IMG/VR virus record: IMGVR_UViG_2823817231_000001
Coordinates: 1 to 64,000 of that record
DNA: 64,000 nucleotides
Reading direction: 5' to 3' (one strand)
Origin: a virus
Lineage: Duplodnaviria > Caudoviricetes
The position numbers and the translations under genes are program-made. Below the pieces are notes generated by a model. The model saw nothing but the letters and a program-made list of their open reading frames with translations. It was not told where the DNA came from and searched no databases. Each line of letters starts with the position of its first letter. Positions within the stretch are counted from its first letter, which is position 1. Below are positions 47,333 through 56,002 of this stretch, one piece after another.

Positions 47333-47670
47333 TCGCACCACCCTTATACCAGACTCGATATACACCAACTTAACGGATGGGCAATGGAAATTGCCGATTT
47401 GTCTCGTTTGAACCGCAATGACCAATCTTCAAAGATCCATCATCTGGCAATCAAACAACTCACTTATGCCGCCCATACCGCGCGCCAGTCCGGCAGTTGG
47501 CATAATGCCCTCCCCTATGACCCGATCCACCGAAGCCGCCGCGATCCGGCGTAGTGAACGCGGTATCCGTGGTGGCCGCGCGGCGGGGATGAAGTGAACA
47601 GGAGGGCAATTGTGGCCCGATTTGGCGCGATGGACACGATCAGATTGCGGATTTTTGCCGTCGCCCAAAT

Positions 47671-47685
47671 GTTCTCATTTCGTTC
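47671..47685 (+). promoter_or_regulatory. LexA box GTTC-N7-GTTC
   Basis: GTTCTCATTTCGTTC exact consensus in intergenic DNA. Confidence 0.75.
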
Positions 47686-47762
47686 TTTCCTACAAAATCG
47701 CCTCGCCATATGAGCCCCGCCCCGGAGGAGCGGGTTAGCACATTCTAACGAGGAGGAATTTT

Positions 47763-48086
47763 GTGCCCAAATTGCTAGACCCAGTTTCGGGCATCGAATG
47801 CAAAATTGGATGCCCCGTGTGTGACATTGGCTGTCACCTCACTCGAGTCATGATTGCAAACCTCTATCACGAGATAGAGCAATTGCGCCGCGCACAGCCA
47901 CACGCAACGCGTCAGGAGTGGCTGGAGAACTTAGAGAACATCCGATCAGCTCAAGGCCATGTGCAAGCGTTGCAGACACGGCTTTTAAAGATGGGGCGGC
48001 CATTGGCGGCAGAATCGCCTCCAGAAGCGGAAGAACTACATCCGCTGAAATGGGAATATTCGTCTGGGCGGGATGCCCTTCATTGA
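47763..48086 (+). CDS. Putative SOS-inducible Cys-rich antirepressor, antisense to cI
   Basis: GAGGAGG RBS, GTG start, CKIGCPVCDIGC, downstream of LexA box. Confidence 0.5.
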   Translation: MPKLLDPVSGIECKIGCPVCDIGCHLTRVMIANLYHEIEQLRRAQPHATRQEWLENLENIRSAQGHVQALQTRLLKMGRPLAAESPPEAEELHPLKWEYSSGRDALH

Positions 48087-48279
48087 TACCCAGAGCCTCG
48101 ACCAGCTTCTTGGCCTCATCAAGTTTGATCATGCGAGGCTTTTTGCTGGGGTCGGTGGTGAAAATTTCAGCAACGCGCGAAGTGGGAATGCCAATCAGGC
48201 GTGAGATCTTCGCCTGAGTGGTTTCCCCCGTCTCAAGCTTGAGGCGCAATTCCGCCAATAATTCAGCATGGCTCAACAT
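47848..48279 (-). CDS. CI-like HTH repressor without peptidase domain
   Basis: TQAKISRLIGIPTSRVAEIF...IKLDEAKKLVEALG; divergent from cro. Confidence 0.8.
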   Translation of the reverse strand: MLSHAELLAELRLKLETGETTQAKISRLIGIPTSRVAEIFTTDPSKKPRMIKLDEAKKLVEALGINEGHPAQTNIPISADVVLPLLEAILPPMAAPSLKAVSATLAHGLELIGCSLSSPATPDALRVAVRGAIALSRDRGLQS

Positions 48280-48314
48280 TTTCCGACCATGCCAGCGATA
48301 GTCGCGCAAGTCCG

Positions 48315-48365
48315 CTTCGTTTATCGTAGTTTTTCCTTGCGATGGCACTACGTTTATCGTAGCAT
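48315..48365 (+). promoter_or_regulatory. PR with two operators (48315-48329, 48348-48362)
   Basis: TTGCGA-N17-TAGCAT; CT(T/A)CG-TTTAT-CGTAG palindromes matching OL. Confidence 0.82.
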
Positions 48366-48372
48366 TTTTGAC

Positions 48373-48621
48373 ATGCAGACAGTTTCCGACATTCTGGAGG
48401 CCCTTGGTGGCGCAGCCCGTGTAGCCAGAGAGGGGCGAATTCCCCTCACCACTGTTATTGGGTGGCGTGATGCCAATTTCATTCCGGAATGGCGCAGGCC
48501 GACGATCATTGATGTATCGAAGCATCAGGGGCGTCCCCTTTCTATCAAGGATTTCCCGCCTGTTGAGGCGCGTGTTCCCAGAAAGCGCCCCTCCCCCCAA
48601 ACCACAGGTAGGGCGGCATGA
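48373..48621 (+). CDS. Cro-like regulator
   Basis: ILEALGGAARVAREGRIPLTTVIGWR...IP. Confidence 0.78.
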   Translation: MQTVSDILEALGGAARVAREGRIPLTTVIGWRDANFIPEWRRPTIIDVSKHQGRPLSIKDFPPVEARVPRKRPSPQTTGRAA

Positions 48622-48629
48622 ACGGGCAT

Positions 48630-49400
48630 CTACTCATCCCTCGGCTGGGCGTCGACCAGGTTGGTGATGTGATAGCTCACGGGCTTCCCGCCAACCGTTT
48701 TGACGACACCATCAACCCAAAAGATTTGCTCGAACGGGTTCCCGTCGTGATGAAGGATGGCGTCCTTTACCGCGTCACCAGCGAAGGTGAGTTTTTTCTC
48801 TTTCGGCGTAAAACGGTCGATGATCCCAAAATCACCGCTTTTACCAGAAGGTGCATTGCGCATCTGGAAAAGTGCCATTGGCTCATTTTCAAACCGTATT
48901 TCATCAGGAAATTGCGAGTTCAGAAGGTGATTGGCATTATGGCTGATCGCGGACGCCTCCATTGGCGTCACGGTGTAGTGATTGATGATCGTTCCGCCCC
49001 TGTTGTCGATCATGTTTATGCGAGCGCCGTCTCCATCGATAGCAAGTGGGGCGACAAAGCTGGCGGCATTTTTGATCGTGGGTCGATCAAGCTCTTTGGC
49101 CTCTGGGGTCAGGTGCAAAATGGACTGCAGGACCGCATAAAACGAGCCTGCAAAGTCTTTGACCTTTTCGTAGGCATCGTAAAGGTCTGCTGCTTTCTGC
49201 CCAAGAGCGATCAACTCGGTAATCGTGCTGCCCGTTCTTACCTCGTGGACGAAAAGACGGGTTTCGCTATCGATCCCGTTTTCATCGGAGACGAAGCGCT
49301 TAAATTGATTTCCGAGCGCCGACAGAGAATTCGTCAAGTCGAGAAGTTCAAGCGGTCGCTTGTTTTTGTACTCGATTATTATGCTCGCTTCTTGAGTCAT
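48630..49400 (-). CDS. Inverted moron, hypothetical protein (256 aa)
   Basis: AAGGAG RBS, lower GC, globular composition. Confidence 0.78.
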   Translation of the reverse strand: MTQEASIIIEYKNKRPLELLDLTNSLSALGNQFKRFVSDENGIDSETRLFVHEVRTGSTITELIALGQKAADLYDAYEKVKDFAGSFYAVLQSILHLTPEAKELDRPTIKNAASFVAPLAIDGDGARINMIDNRGGTIINHYTVTPMEASAISHNANHLLNSQFPDEIRFENEPMALFQMRNAPSGKSGDFGIIDRFTPKEKKLTFAGDAVKDAILHHDGNPFEQIFWVDGVVKTVGGKPVSYHITNLVDAQPRDE

Positions 49401-49606
49401 TCCGATTCTCCTTTGGAGAGTGATGAACATAGGATGGCCGAAGCTAGCGGGGTTTCAAGCCCTGCCAGCGGAGGGCGCGCCGCATGATTTGCCCCCGCGC
49501 GAACAGTTCCAAGCCCGTCTCGGGTCGCCGTGGTGGGCAGAGCGCAACCGCCGCCCACCCCAATTCGATTTTCATCATTCCTCATACCACTGTGGGTAAC
49601 TGAAAC

Positions 49607-50059
49607 ATGACCCTGCAATCCACGGCAAAACGCCCTGTGTTTTCCGCTTATTCCGCGCTTTGCATCGTCGGTGACGCCCTCTCGCGCATCAAAAAGGACG
49701 ATGGCCTGACATGGGCCGATGTTGGCGCGGTCCTCGGCAAGAGCGAGGATCAGGCGGCAAAGTATGCGGCCGGTGAGGCCGACATGGGGCTGGTGTCCTT
49801 TGCGCGAGGAATGCGCGAATGGAATGGCCGCCTTTCCGGCGAACTGCTCCAGCTTTGCAAGGACAGCCGCCCAGGCGCAGCATCGGATCGGATCGACGCA
49901 ACGCGCGTCTTGCAGGCCGCTACCGCCCTGTCCGAGGCCCTGCAAACCGGCGACGAAATCACCATCGAGGCGATCCGCAAAAACCGTGCCGCGCTGGAGC
50001 GCGCCCGCGATGCCATCGACGCCCAACTCGGCAAGCTGCGCCCGGAGGCGGCTGCATGA
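49607..50059 (+). CDS. CII-like regulator
   Basis: HTH LTWADVGAVLGKSEDQAAKYAAG; position. Confidence 0.65.
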   Translation: MTLQSTAKRPVFSAYSALCIVGDALSRIKKDDGLTWADVGAVLGKSEDQAAKYAAGEADMGLVSFARGMREWNGRLSGELLQLCKDSRPGAASDRIDATRVLQAATALSEALQTGDEITIEAIRKNRAALERARDAIDAQLGKLRPEAAA

Positions 50060-50271
50060 TCCCCGATGGCCTCACTCCGTCCGAGCCCACGCTGGAAAGC
50101 ATCGAGGAGATTATCGCCTGCGCCGAGCGTCGGGTGAAGCGCGCGGGCCTGCGCCTTGAGCGGGCGCAGGAAGAACTTGGCGGCGCTGCTGCCGCGCTGG
50201 TGCGGGCGCGCGAGGACAAGGCGGCTTGGCTGCTGGCCAATCCTCAGGATCAGTTGGAAATGTTTGAGTGA
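50056..50271 (+). CDS. Small coiled-coil protein
   Basis: Coupled ORF ending QLEMFE. Confidence 0.55.
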   Translation: MIPDGLTPSEPTLESIEEIIACAERRVKRAGLRLERAQEELGGAAAALVRAREDKAAWLLANPQDQLEMFE

Positions 50272-50603
50272 TCTCTCTCCCCTTTCCACCCTCTAGCCTG
50301 TCGGGCCATGCCAAGGGGCATTGGCACGGAAAGGCTGCTGTCACAGCCAAGTGGCGCGCATGGGCCAAGGCAGCCGCTTTGGCGGCCAAGGTTCAGGCAC
50401 CTGCCACTGGTGATATTCTGGTGCGCGTGAAGTTCACGCCCCCGGATCGCCGGGGCGACCGGGTGAACTTTCCCAACCGCATGAAGCCGATCTTCGATGG
50501 CCTCGCGGATGCGTTGAAGGTCAACGATAGCCGGTTTCTGCCCAGCTTCGAGTTTGCGGCCCCTGAGAAGCCGGGCCGGATCGAGATTGAGATTTTGCCG
50601 TGA
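50268..50603 (+). CDS. RusA-like resolvase
   Basis: ISLPFPPS...PPDRRGDRVN...KPIFDGLADALKVND. Confidence 0.75.
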   Translation: MISLPFPPSSLSGHAKGHWHGKAAVTAKWRAWAKAAALAAKVQAPATGDILVRVKFTPPDRRGDRVNFPNRMKPIFDGLADALKVNDSRFLPSFEFAAPEKPGRIEIEILP

Positions 50604-51262
50604 GCGATCTCCTTGCCCGCCTCATTGCTGCCGGTACGCCTGCCGATCTTGTTGCCGAAGTGGCGATGGAGATTGCGCGCGCCGATGTGGTGCGGCGGCA
50701 GGAGGCCGAAGAAGCGGCCCGCAAGGAGAAGAAGCGCGCCGACACCGCCCGCCGCCAACGCGAGTTCAAGGCCCGCAACCGGCAAGAGGTAACGCAAAGT
50801 AACGCAGATAACGCGTTACCGGCGTTAGCTGGCGTTACCTCCCCCGCCCTTTCCCCCTCCCCCAATGAAATTAATTCTAACCCCCACCCCCATACCCACC
50901 CGGAAACAAACACCGCGCGCACACGAGGGACGCGCCTTCCGGTCGATTGGGTTCCCGAACCGCTGACGGGCGATGCGGCCAAAGCCATCGCCCAATGGCC
51001 ACCCGGCGCGCTGGAGCGCGAACTGGCCCGGTTTCGGGATTGGGCAGCATCCACCAGCGGCCCCAACGCCGTGAAGAAAGATTGGCAAGCGGCATGGCGC
51101 AACTGGCTCCGCAAAGCTCACGATGAAGGCAGGTATCTGAAACATGGCAACCACGAGCGAAACCAAAACCATCGGCCAGCAATTGCCCAGCCTCCCGGCG
51201 ATGGGCTCACCGAAGCCCTGCGGCGCCGAGGGGTCTATGATTGCGTTGGCTATGACCGCTGA
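50600..51262 (+). CDS. Replication initiator-like protein
   Basis: RGTRLPVDWVP...FRDW...KKDWQAAWRNW C-terminal domain; internal iterons. Confidence 0.75.
   Translation: MSDLLARLIAAGTPADLVAEVAMEIARADVVRRQEAEEAARKEKKRADTARRQREFKARNRQEVTQSNADNALPALAGVTSPALSPSPNEINSNPHPHTHPETNTARTRGTRLPVDWVPEPLTGDAAKAIAQWPPGALERELARFRDWAASTSGPNAVKKDWQAAWRNWLRKAHDEGRYLKHGNHERNQNHRPAIAQPPGDGLTEALRRRGVYDCVGYDR
50789..50880. other. Candidate origin within initiator gene
   Basis: Three TAACGC then three inverted GCGTTA at 9-10 bp spacing, then AT-rich AATGAAATTAATTCTAA. Confidence 0.6.
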
Positions 51263-51779
51263 GCAGCGCCGCGACCTGCGCGCCATTGCTGCCGCCCCAC
51301 TCCCGGTGCTGCGCACTTGCTCCGATGAGGGCTTTGACCGCTGCATGGCCGCGCTGAGCATCCTGCCGCGCCGCAAATCCGGATCGGACGAAGGCGCGGT
51401 GCTGCTTGAGGTCTATCGCCGCGCCCTTGGCGGCCTGCCCAGCGCGCAGCTTGTGTGGGTGGTCGATACGGCGCTGGTCCGCCTCAAGTGGTTTCCCACG
51501 ATTGCCGAATTGCTGGAGATCGCGGGTGAATGGCGGCGGGATGATGAACACGCCCGCGCGCAGGCCCGCGCTGAGGCTGCGCTGCGCCATGATCGGCAAG
51601 CCCGGTATGACGGGGCCATGACGGCACTTAGCCGCGGCGAAATGGATCAGGGGGCGATTGATGCTCTCCCGCTGCCCTGGGCGCAGGCTGCGGCGCGTCT
51701 GGGCTGGCTGGTGGAGAGCGCGGGCCGGTTCGCCCTGCCCCGCCCGGTGGCTGGGCGGATCAATGGGGAAGCGGCATGA
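51252..51779 (+). CDS. Helicase loader-like protein
   Basis: YRRALGGLP...KWFPTIAELLE; follows initiator. Confidence 0.6.
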   Translation: MTAEQRRDLRAIAAAPLPVLRTCSDEGFDRCMAALSILPRRKSGSDEGAVLLEVYRRALGGLPSAQLVWVVDTALVRLKWFPTIAELLEIAGEWRRDDEHARAQARAEAALRHDRQARYDGAMTALSRGEMDQGAIDALPLPWAQAAARLGWLVESAGRFALPRPVAGRINGEAA

Positions 51780-52015
51780 CCGAAGCGCAGGATCTCTTTG
51801 CGCGTCTGGGCTTCGATCAGCGTGGCCGTTTGGCTCCCCAGCCTGCGCCCGCTCAGGTGTCCGCGCCTGCCGCCACCCTCTCGGAATACATCTGCGACCT
51901 GTTCGTGAAGCGGCTGAGCGATGCGCAGCTAACCGAGCGCAGGACCGCAGGCGCCTATCGCAACATTCGGCCCGAATATCTCAAGGGCTATCACCAAGCA
52001 GCAAGGGGGAAGTGA
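51776..52015 (+). CDS. Hypothetical protein
   Basis: Coupled ORF. Confidence 0.55.
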   Translation: MTEAQDLFARLGFDQRGRLAPQPAPAQVSAPAATLSEYICDLFVKRLSDAQLTERRTAGAYRNIRPEYLKGYHQAARGK

Positions 52016-52398
52016 TGAATATCCAGAGCGCCGGGCAAATGGACCTGTTTCCGCATCGGGCCGAACTGAGCCCCGCCGAACAGGTGGTTTACCAGATGAT
52101 CTACGAGGCGGCCGAGAACAGCCAGCCCTGCCCGGTCAACATCGATTTCGAAGTCGCTGCGGGTTTCAATTCCAGCAGCATGGGTTCCGTCACGGTCGCG
52201 CGGCTTGAGGCCAAGGGCCTGATCAAGGTCGAGCGTTTTCAGAAATTCAGGGAGGTTGAAGTGATTGCAACGGGTAAGCGCACGGCGCGCGCATCGAACA
52301 TGCATGTGGTTCGCCCGCATGTGGCGCGTGGCTTTGGCGCCGGGTCGCGCGCACCGCGTCCGACCGACCGCAAGGGCTATAAGCGGGGGAGGCTCTGA
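52015..52398 (+). CDS. Winged-helix DNA-binding protein
   Basis: PCPVNIDF...ARLEAKGLIKVER; similar to C-terminus of 9677-10180. Confidence 0.68.
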   Translation: MNIQSAGQMDLFPHRAELSPAEQVVYQMIYEAAENSQPCPVNIDFEVAAGFNSSSMGSVTVARLEAKGLIKVERFQKFREVEVIATGKRTARASNMHVVRPHVARGFGAGSRAPRPTDRKGYKRGRL

Positions 52399-52400
52399 GC

Positions 52401-52940
52401 GTGGCTGAACTGAACGACAAGCAGCTTCGCTTTGTCGAGGAATATCTTGTGGACCTCAACGCCACGCAAGCGGCGATCCGCGCGGGCTACAGCGCGAAAA
52501 CGGCTTATTCGCAGGGGGAGCGCCTGTTGAGGCATGTTGAGGTTGCCAGAGCCATTACAGAGCGGAAAACGGACAGGTCGGTCAAGACCGGCATTGATGC
52601 GCAATGGGTACTGATGCGCCTTGCCGGTGATGCCGAGGCGGATCTGGCCGACCTGTATGATGATGCGGGCGGGCTCAAGCCTATCCACGAATGGCCGGTT
52701 GCGTTTCGCAAGGGGCTGGTCGCCGGTGTAGAGGTTGAGGAACTGTTTGAAGGGCAAGGCGAGAACCGCACGCAGATTGGCCGGGTTCGCAAGATCCGCC
52801 TCGCTGACCGCCTCAAGGTGGTGGAACTGATTGGCAAGCATGTCGATGTGCAGGCGTTCAAGGAGCGGATCGACCATGGCCTGACCGATGACCTTGCCGC
52901 CGCGATCATGGCGGGCAATGCGCGGGTGGCGGGCGCCTGA
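52401..52940 (+). CDS. terS: Terminase small subunit
   Basis: LNDKQLRFVEEYLVDLNATQAAIRAGYSAKTA. Confidence 0.93.
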   Translation: MAELNDKQLRFVEEYLVDLNATQAAIRAGYSAKTAYSQGERLLRHVEVARAITERKTDRSVKTGIDAQWVLMRLAGDAEADLADLYDDAGGLKPIHEWPVAFRKGLVAGVEVEELFEGQGENRTQIGRVRKIRLADRLKVVELIGKHVDVQAFKERIDHGLTDDLAAAIMAGNARVAGA

Positions 52941-54442
52941 TGGCAGAGGTCAGCCCCAAGATGGAATTGGCGCGGCGGATTGGCGAGTTTCGCTATTCGC
53001 CGCGCAGCCATGCCCTGTTCGCCTATCCGTGGGAGAGCGAACGCTTGCCGTCCTCCGGGCCGCGCACATGGCAGAATGAAATGTTCCTGCAAATCGAGGA
53101 GCATTTGAGCAGCCCGGCCACGCGGCACACGCCCTGCCGGATCGCGGTTGCATCAGGCCATGGTATCGGCAAGTCGGCCGGTATCTCGATGGTGAACAAG
53201 TGGGCGCTCGACACCTGTGTCGATACGCGCGTGGTGGTGACGGCCAACACCGAGGGCCAGCTTCTGACCAAGACCGGGCCGGAACTGACCAAGTGGTGCC
53301 AGTTGGCGCTGACCTCAGATTGGTTCAAGCCCAGCGCCACCAGCATCGCCTCGCTGATGCGCGGGCATGACAAGGCATGGCGCACGGACCTTGTGACCTG
53401 GAGCGAGAACAACACCGAGGCTTTCGCTGGCCTGCACAATCAGGGCAAGCGCATCGTCCTGATTTTCGACGAGGCATCGGGCATCGCGGCGAAGGTCTGG
53501 GAGGTGGCGCTGGGCGCGCTGACCGACGAGGACACCGAAATCCTGTGGCTGGCGTTCGGCAACCCGACCCAGAACACCGGGGCTTTCCGCGAGTGCTTTG
53601 GCAAGGCGCGCAATCTCTGGAAAACCAAGCAGATCGACAGCCGCACGGTGGAAGGCACGAACAAGGCCTATCTGGATGAACTGGTGCGGACCTATGGTGA
53701 GGAAAGCGATATTGCTAAGGTGCGTGTGCGCGGGCTGTTCCCCTCGGCCTCCTCGATGCAGTTTATCGCGCTGGATGCGGTAGAGGCCGCCCAGAAGCGC
53801 CAGCCCTTTGATGCGCTTGGCTCTGAGCCGGTGATCTTCGGCGTGGACTGCGCGCGCATGGGCGATGACGAGAGCGTGTTGGCGATCCGCTGCGGGCGCG
53901 ATGCCGTGTCGCGGCCGTGGAAGCGCTGGACCAAGATGGACAGCATGACGCTGGCCGGTGACATTGCGCTGGAGGCGGACAAATATCACCCCGATATGAT
54001 ATTCGTCGATGCGGGCAACATCGGGGCGGCCATCGTGGATCGCCTGCGCCAGTTGCGCCCCGATGTGCCGGTGGTCGAGGTATGGTTTGGCGCCGAGGGG
54101 CGCGATGCCGAACTGGAGCCGGGGGTGCGCGTCCACACCGCCAACAAGCGCGCCGAAATGTGGACCAAGATGCGCCATTGGCTGCGCGGCGCCAGCATCC
54201 CGCAAGAGGATCGCCTGCGGGACGATCTGATCGGGCCGACCTATTCATTTGGTGGTGACGACACCTCGATCCTGCTGGAGCGCAAGAAGGACATGAAGAA
54301 GCGCGGACTTCCCTCGCCAGATTGGGGCGATGCGCTGGCCTGCACCTTTGCCGAGCCGGTGATGCCGCGCGCGGTGCCGGGGTATCTCAATCCTGACAAT
54401 TACGGGGAAAGCGGAGGGGATCGGTATGCGGAACTCGACTGA
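52940..54442 (+). CDS. terL: Terminase large subunit
   Basis: SGHGIGKS, IFDEASG, GNPT, GVDCARMGDD, SPDWGDAL. Confidence 0.93.
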   Translation: MAEVSPKMELARRIGEFRYSPRSHALFAYPWESERLPSSGPRTWQNEMFLQIEEHLSSPATRHTPCRIAVASGHGIGKSAGISMVNKWALDTCVDTRVVVTANTEGQLLTKTGPELTKWCQLALTSDWFKPSATSIASLMRGHDKAWRTDLVTWSENNTEAFAGLHNQGKRIVLIFDEASGIAAKVWEVALGALTDEDTEILWLAFGNPTQNTGAFRECFGKARNLWKTKQIDSRTVEGTNKAYLDELVRTYGEESDIAKVRVRGLFPSASSMQFIALDAVEAAQKRQPFDALGSEPVIFGVDCARMGDDESVLAIRCGRDAVSRPWKRWTKMDSMTLAGDIALEADKYHPDMIFVDAGNIGAAIVDRLRQLRPDVPVVEVWFGAEGRDAELEPGVRVHTANKRAEMWTKMRHWLRGASIPQEDRLRDDLIGPTYSFGGDDTSILLERKKDMKKRGLPSPDWGDALACTFAEPVMPRAVPGYLNPDNYGESGGDRYAELD

Positions 54443-54608
54443 TGGCTATGAGGCTTTCATCCATGGCATGATTGCCTTGGGGCATGATAGGCATTGGCTG
54501 CGGCGCAATGAGGCGGCGCTGCGGCGCAGGTTTGCGCGGGATGGGATGCCGTTTCCGCCGCTGCCTGAGCCGGAGCCGAGGGGGCGGGATCGGTATGAGG
54601 GGCTTTGA
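54426..54608 (+). CDS. 60-aa peptide ending in DRYEGL
   Basis: GGAGGGG upstream of ATG; overlaps terL end. Confidence 0.5.
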   Translation: MRNSTDGYEAFIHGMIALGHDRHWLRRNEAALRRRFARDGMPFPPLPEPEPRGRDRYEGL

Positions 54609-54756
54609 GAGTAAGCGTGTATTGGCCGCATGGTTGGGCATTGGACAAGAATTTGCTCGATAGACTTTAGACATCTAACTGAAATTTCGAAAACTTTAAT
54701 ACATTTATACCAATGAAAACAGAATAAATTACAAGCATCATTGAAAATTTTCAAAT

Positions 54757-55641
54757 TTATCCGACATTAACACCAACATCACCGACTACAACGCAATGTA
54801 CAGGGGTCTTAAATTCAGGGAACAACTGGATAAAAACCAGAACCAAATTAGCATATCGCCCATCTGGATCTAACTTGAGTCTAATGTTGAACCATCCTTT
54901 GGCTTCGTCGTCGCACTTGAATTCAATGTTCCTATCTTTATGACTAGAAGTATCTCCCACGTATTTTTCAATTTCCTGTGTGCGATTTAGAATAATATCT
55001 TGCAGAAACGGCTTAAATTTATCCAGTCCAAGTTGTGCAACGGCAAATGCATGCGCCGTCTTCGCCAGCCATCGCAGATACATGTCTCGAGAAATACTTC
55101 CTATTTGGGCCTTCACAAATTTTGCGCCTTTATCTCTTCCTACTTCTTGGCAAATAGAATCTATTGCAGCACGATCTCCAGTGTCCCACAAGCGCCCTTT
55201 TTCGAAACCAGGCGCTACTGGAAGCCCAAAAATCGCTGGCGGAGGTGATTCCCAAAGCACAATATACCATGGGGCTTGGGCAAGCGGAATTTTCTTGTAA
55301 CCCAGATCACGGAGTTGTTGGCCATGTTTGTCAATTTCCGTGAAGGTAATCCTCATTTCACTGGGGCGATCTTTTGGTTTTGTCCTTGAAGGTGCTCCAA
55401 ATTTCGCACGAAAGGTTCCAAGCTGCTTTTTTAGAACTTCTTGCTCATAACGCTGGATAATTGCCTGACACTTTACACAACATGCGTCCTTAATGCTGAT
55501 AACATGGGCACCAAGGGCATACGGAATGACGTGCTCATCAGTAAGATTTTCCGAATGATTATTGCAATAAATACAACAACCAGGACTGGTTATTTTAATA
55601 GGCTTGAAATTATCTAGACTAATTATAGTAGAATTCATCAT
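54757..55641 (-). CDS. AT-rich HNH endonuclease-domain protein (moron)
   Basis: CIYC...LTDEHVIPYALG...CVKC plus about 230-aa extension. Confidence 0.82.
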   Translation of the reverse strand: MMNSTIISLDNFKPIKITSPGCCIYCNNHSENLTDEHVIPYALGAHVISIKDACCVKCQAIIQRYEQEVLKKQLGTFRAKFGAPSRTKPKDRPSEMRITFTEIDKHGQQLRDLGYKKIPLAQAPWYIVLWESPPPAIFGLPVAPGFEKGRLWDTGDRAAIDSICQEVGRDKGAKFVKAQIGSISRDMYLRWLAKTAHAFAVAQLGLDKFKPFLQDIILNRTQEIEKYVGDTSSHKDRNIEFKCDDEAKGWFNIRLKLDPDGRYANLVLVFIQLFPEFKTPVHCVVVGDVGVNVG

Positions 55642-55759
55642 TCATCCTAATTGTCTAAATTTTTAAATTTATTAGTTTATATTAATTTTTACTAAAATAT
55701 CAGCATCTGCCGAATCTTAGAAAATCCGAGATAGGGAGGCAAGCTCATTTCCCTCCCAC

Positions 55760-55793
55760 CCCGCGATTCAAGCCCCACCCCATAAACGATAGC
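55760..55793 (+). promoter_or_regulatory. Candidate late promoter CCCGCGATTCAA-N18-TAGC
   Basis: Same motif and spacing at 60863-60896. Confidence 0.6.
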
Positions 55794-55819
55794 CAGCCTC
55801 CTAACCACAGGAGGCTCCT

Positions 55820-56002
55820 ATCTGTTCCACCCCTGATATTTCGACGCCAGCGGAGCGGCAGGCCACAAAGGTTCCCGATGGCGGGGCGACCAACATTGGC
55901 GTTGATACCGCCAAGATGCGGCGCGCGGCGCTTGCGGGCCTGATGACCAGCCCGGCCGGGACGCTGAGCGCGCCCACCGTGGCCAAGCCGACCCTTGGCT
56001 GA
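55820..56002 (+). CDS. Small pre-portal virion protein with ATC in start position
   Basis: AGGAGG-N5-ATC TGT TCC..., 60 codons ending KPTLG, TGATG-coupled to portal. Confidence 0.55.
   Translation: MCSTPDISTPAERQATKVPDGGATNIGVDTAKMRRAALAGLMTSPAGTLSAPTVAKPTLG

Noticed and set aside
47429-47668. 79-aa minus ORF next to the LexA box
   Set aside because: TTG start, weak RBS and no recognisable features; not supported, though not excluded.
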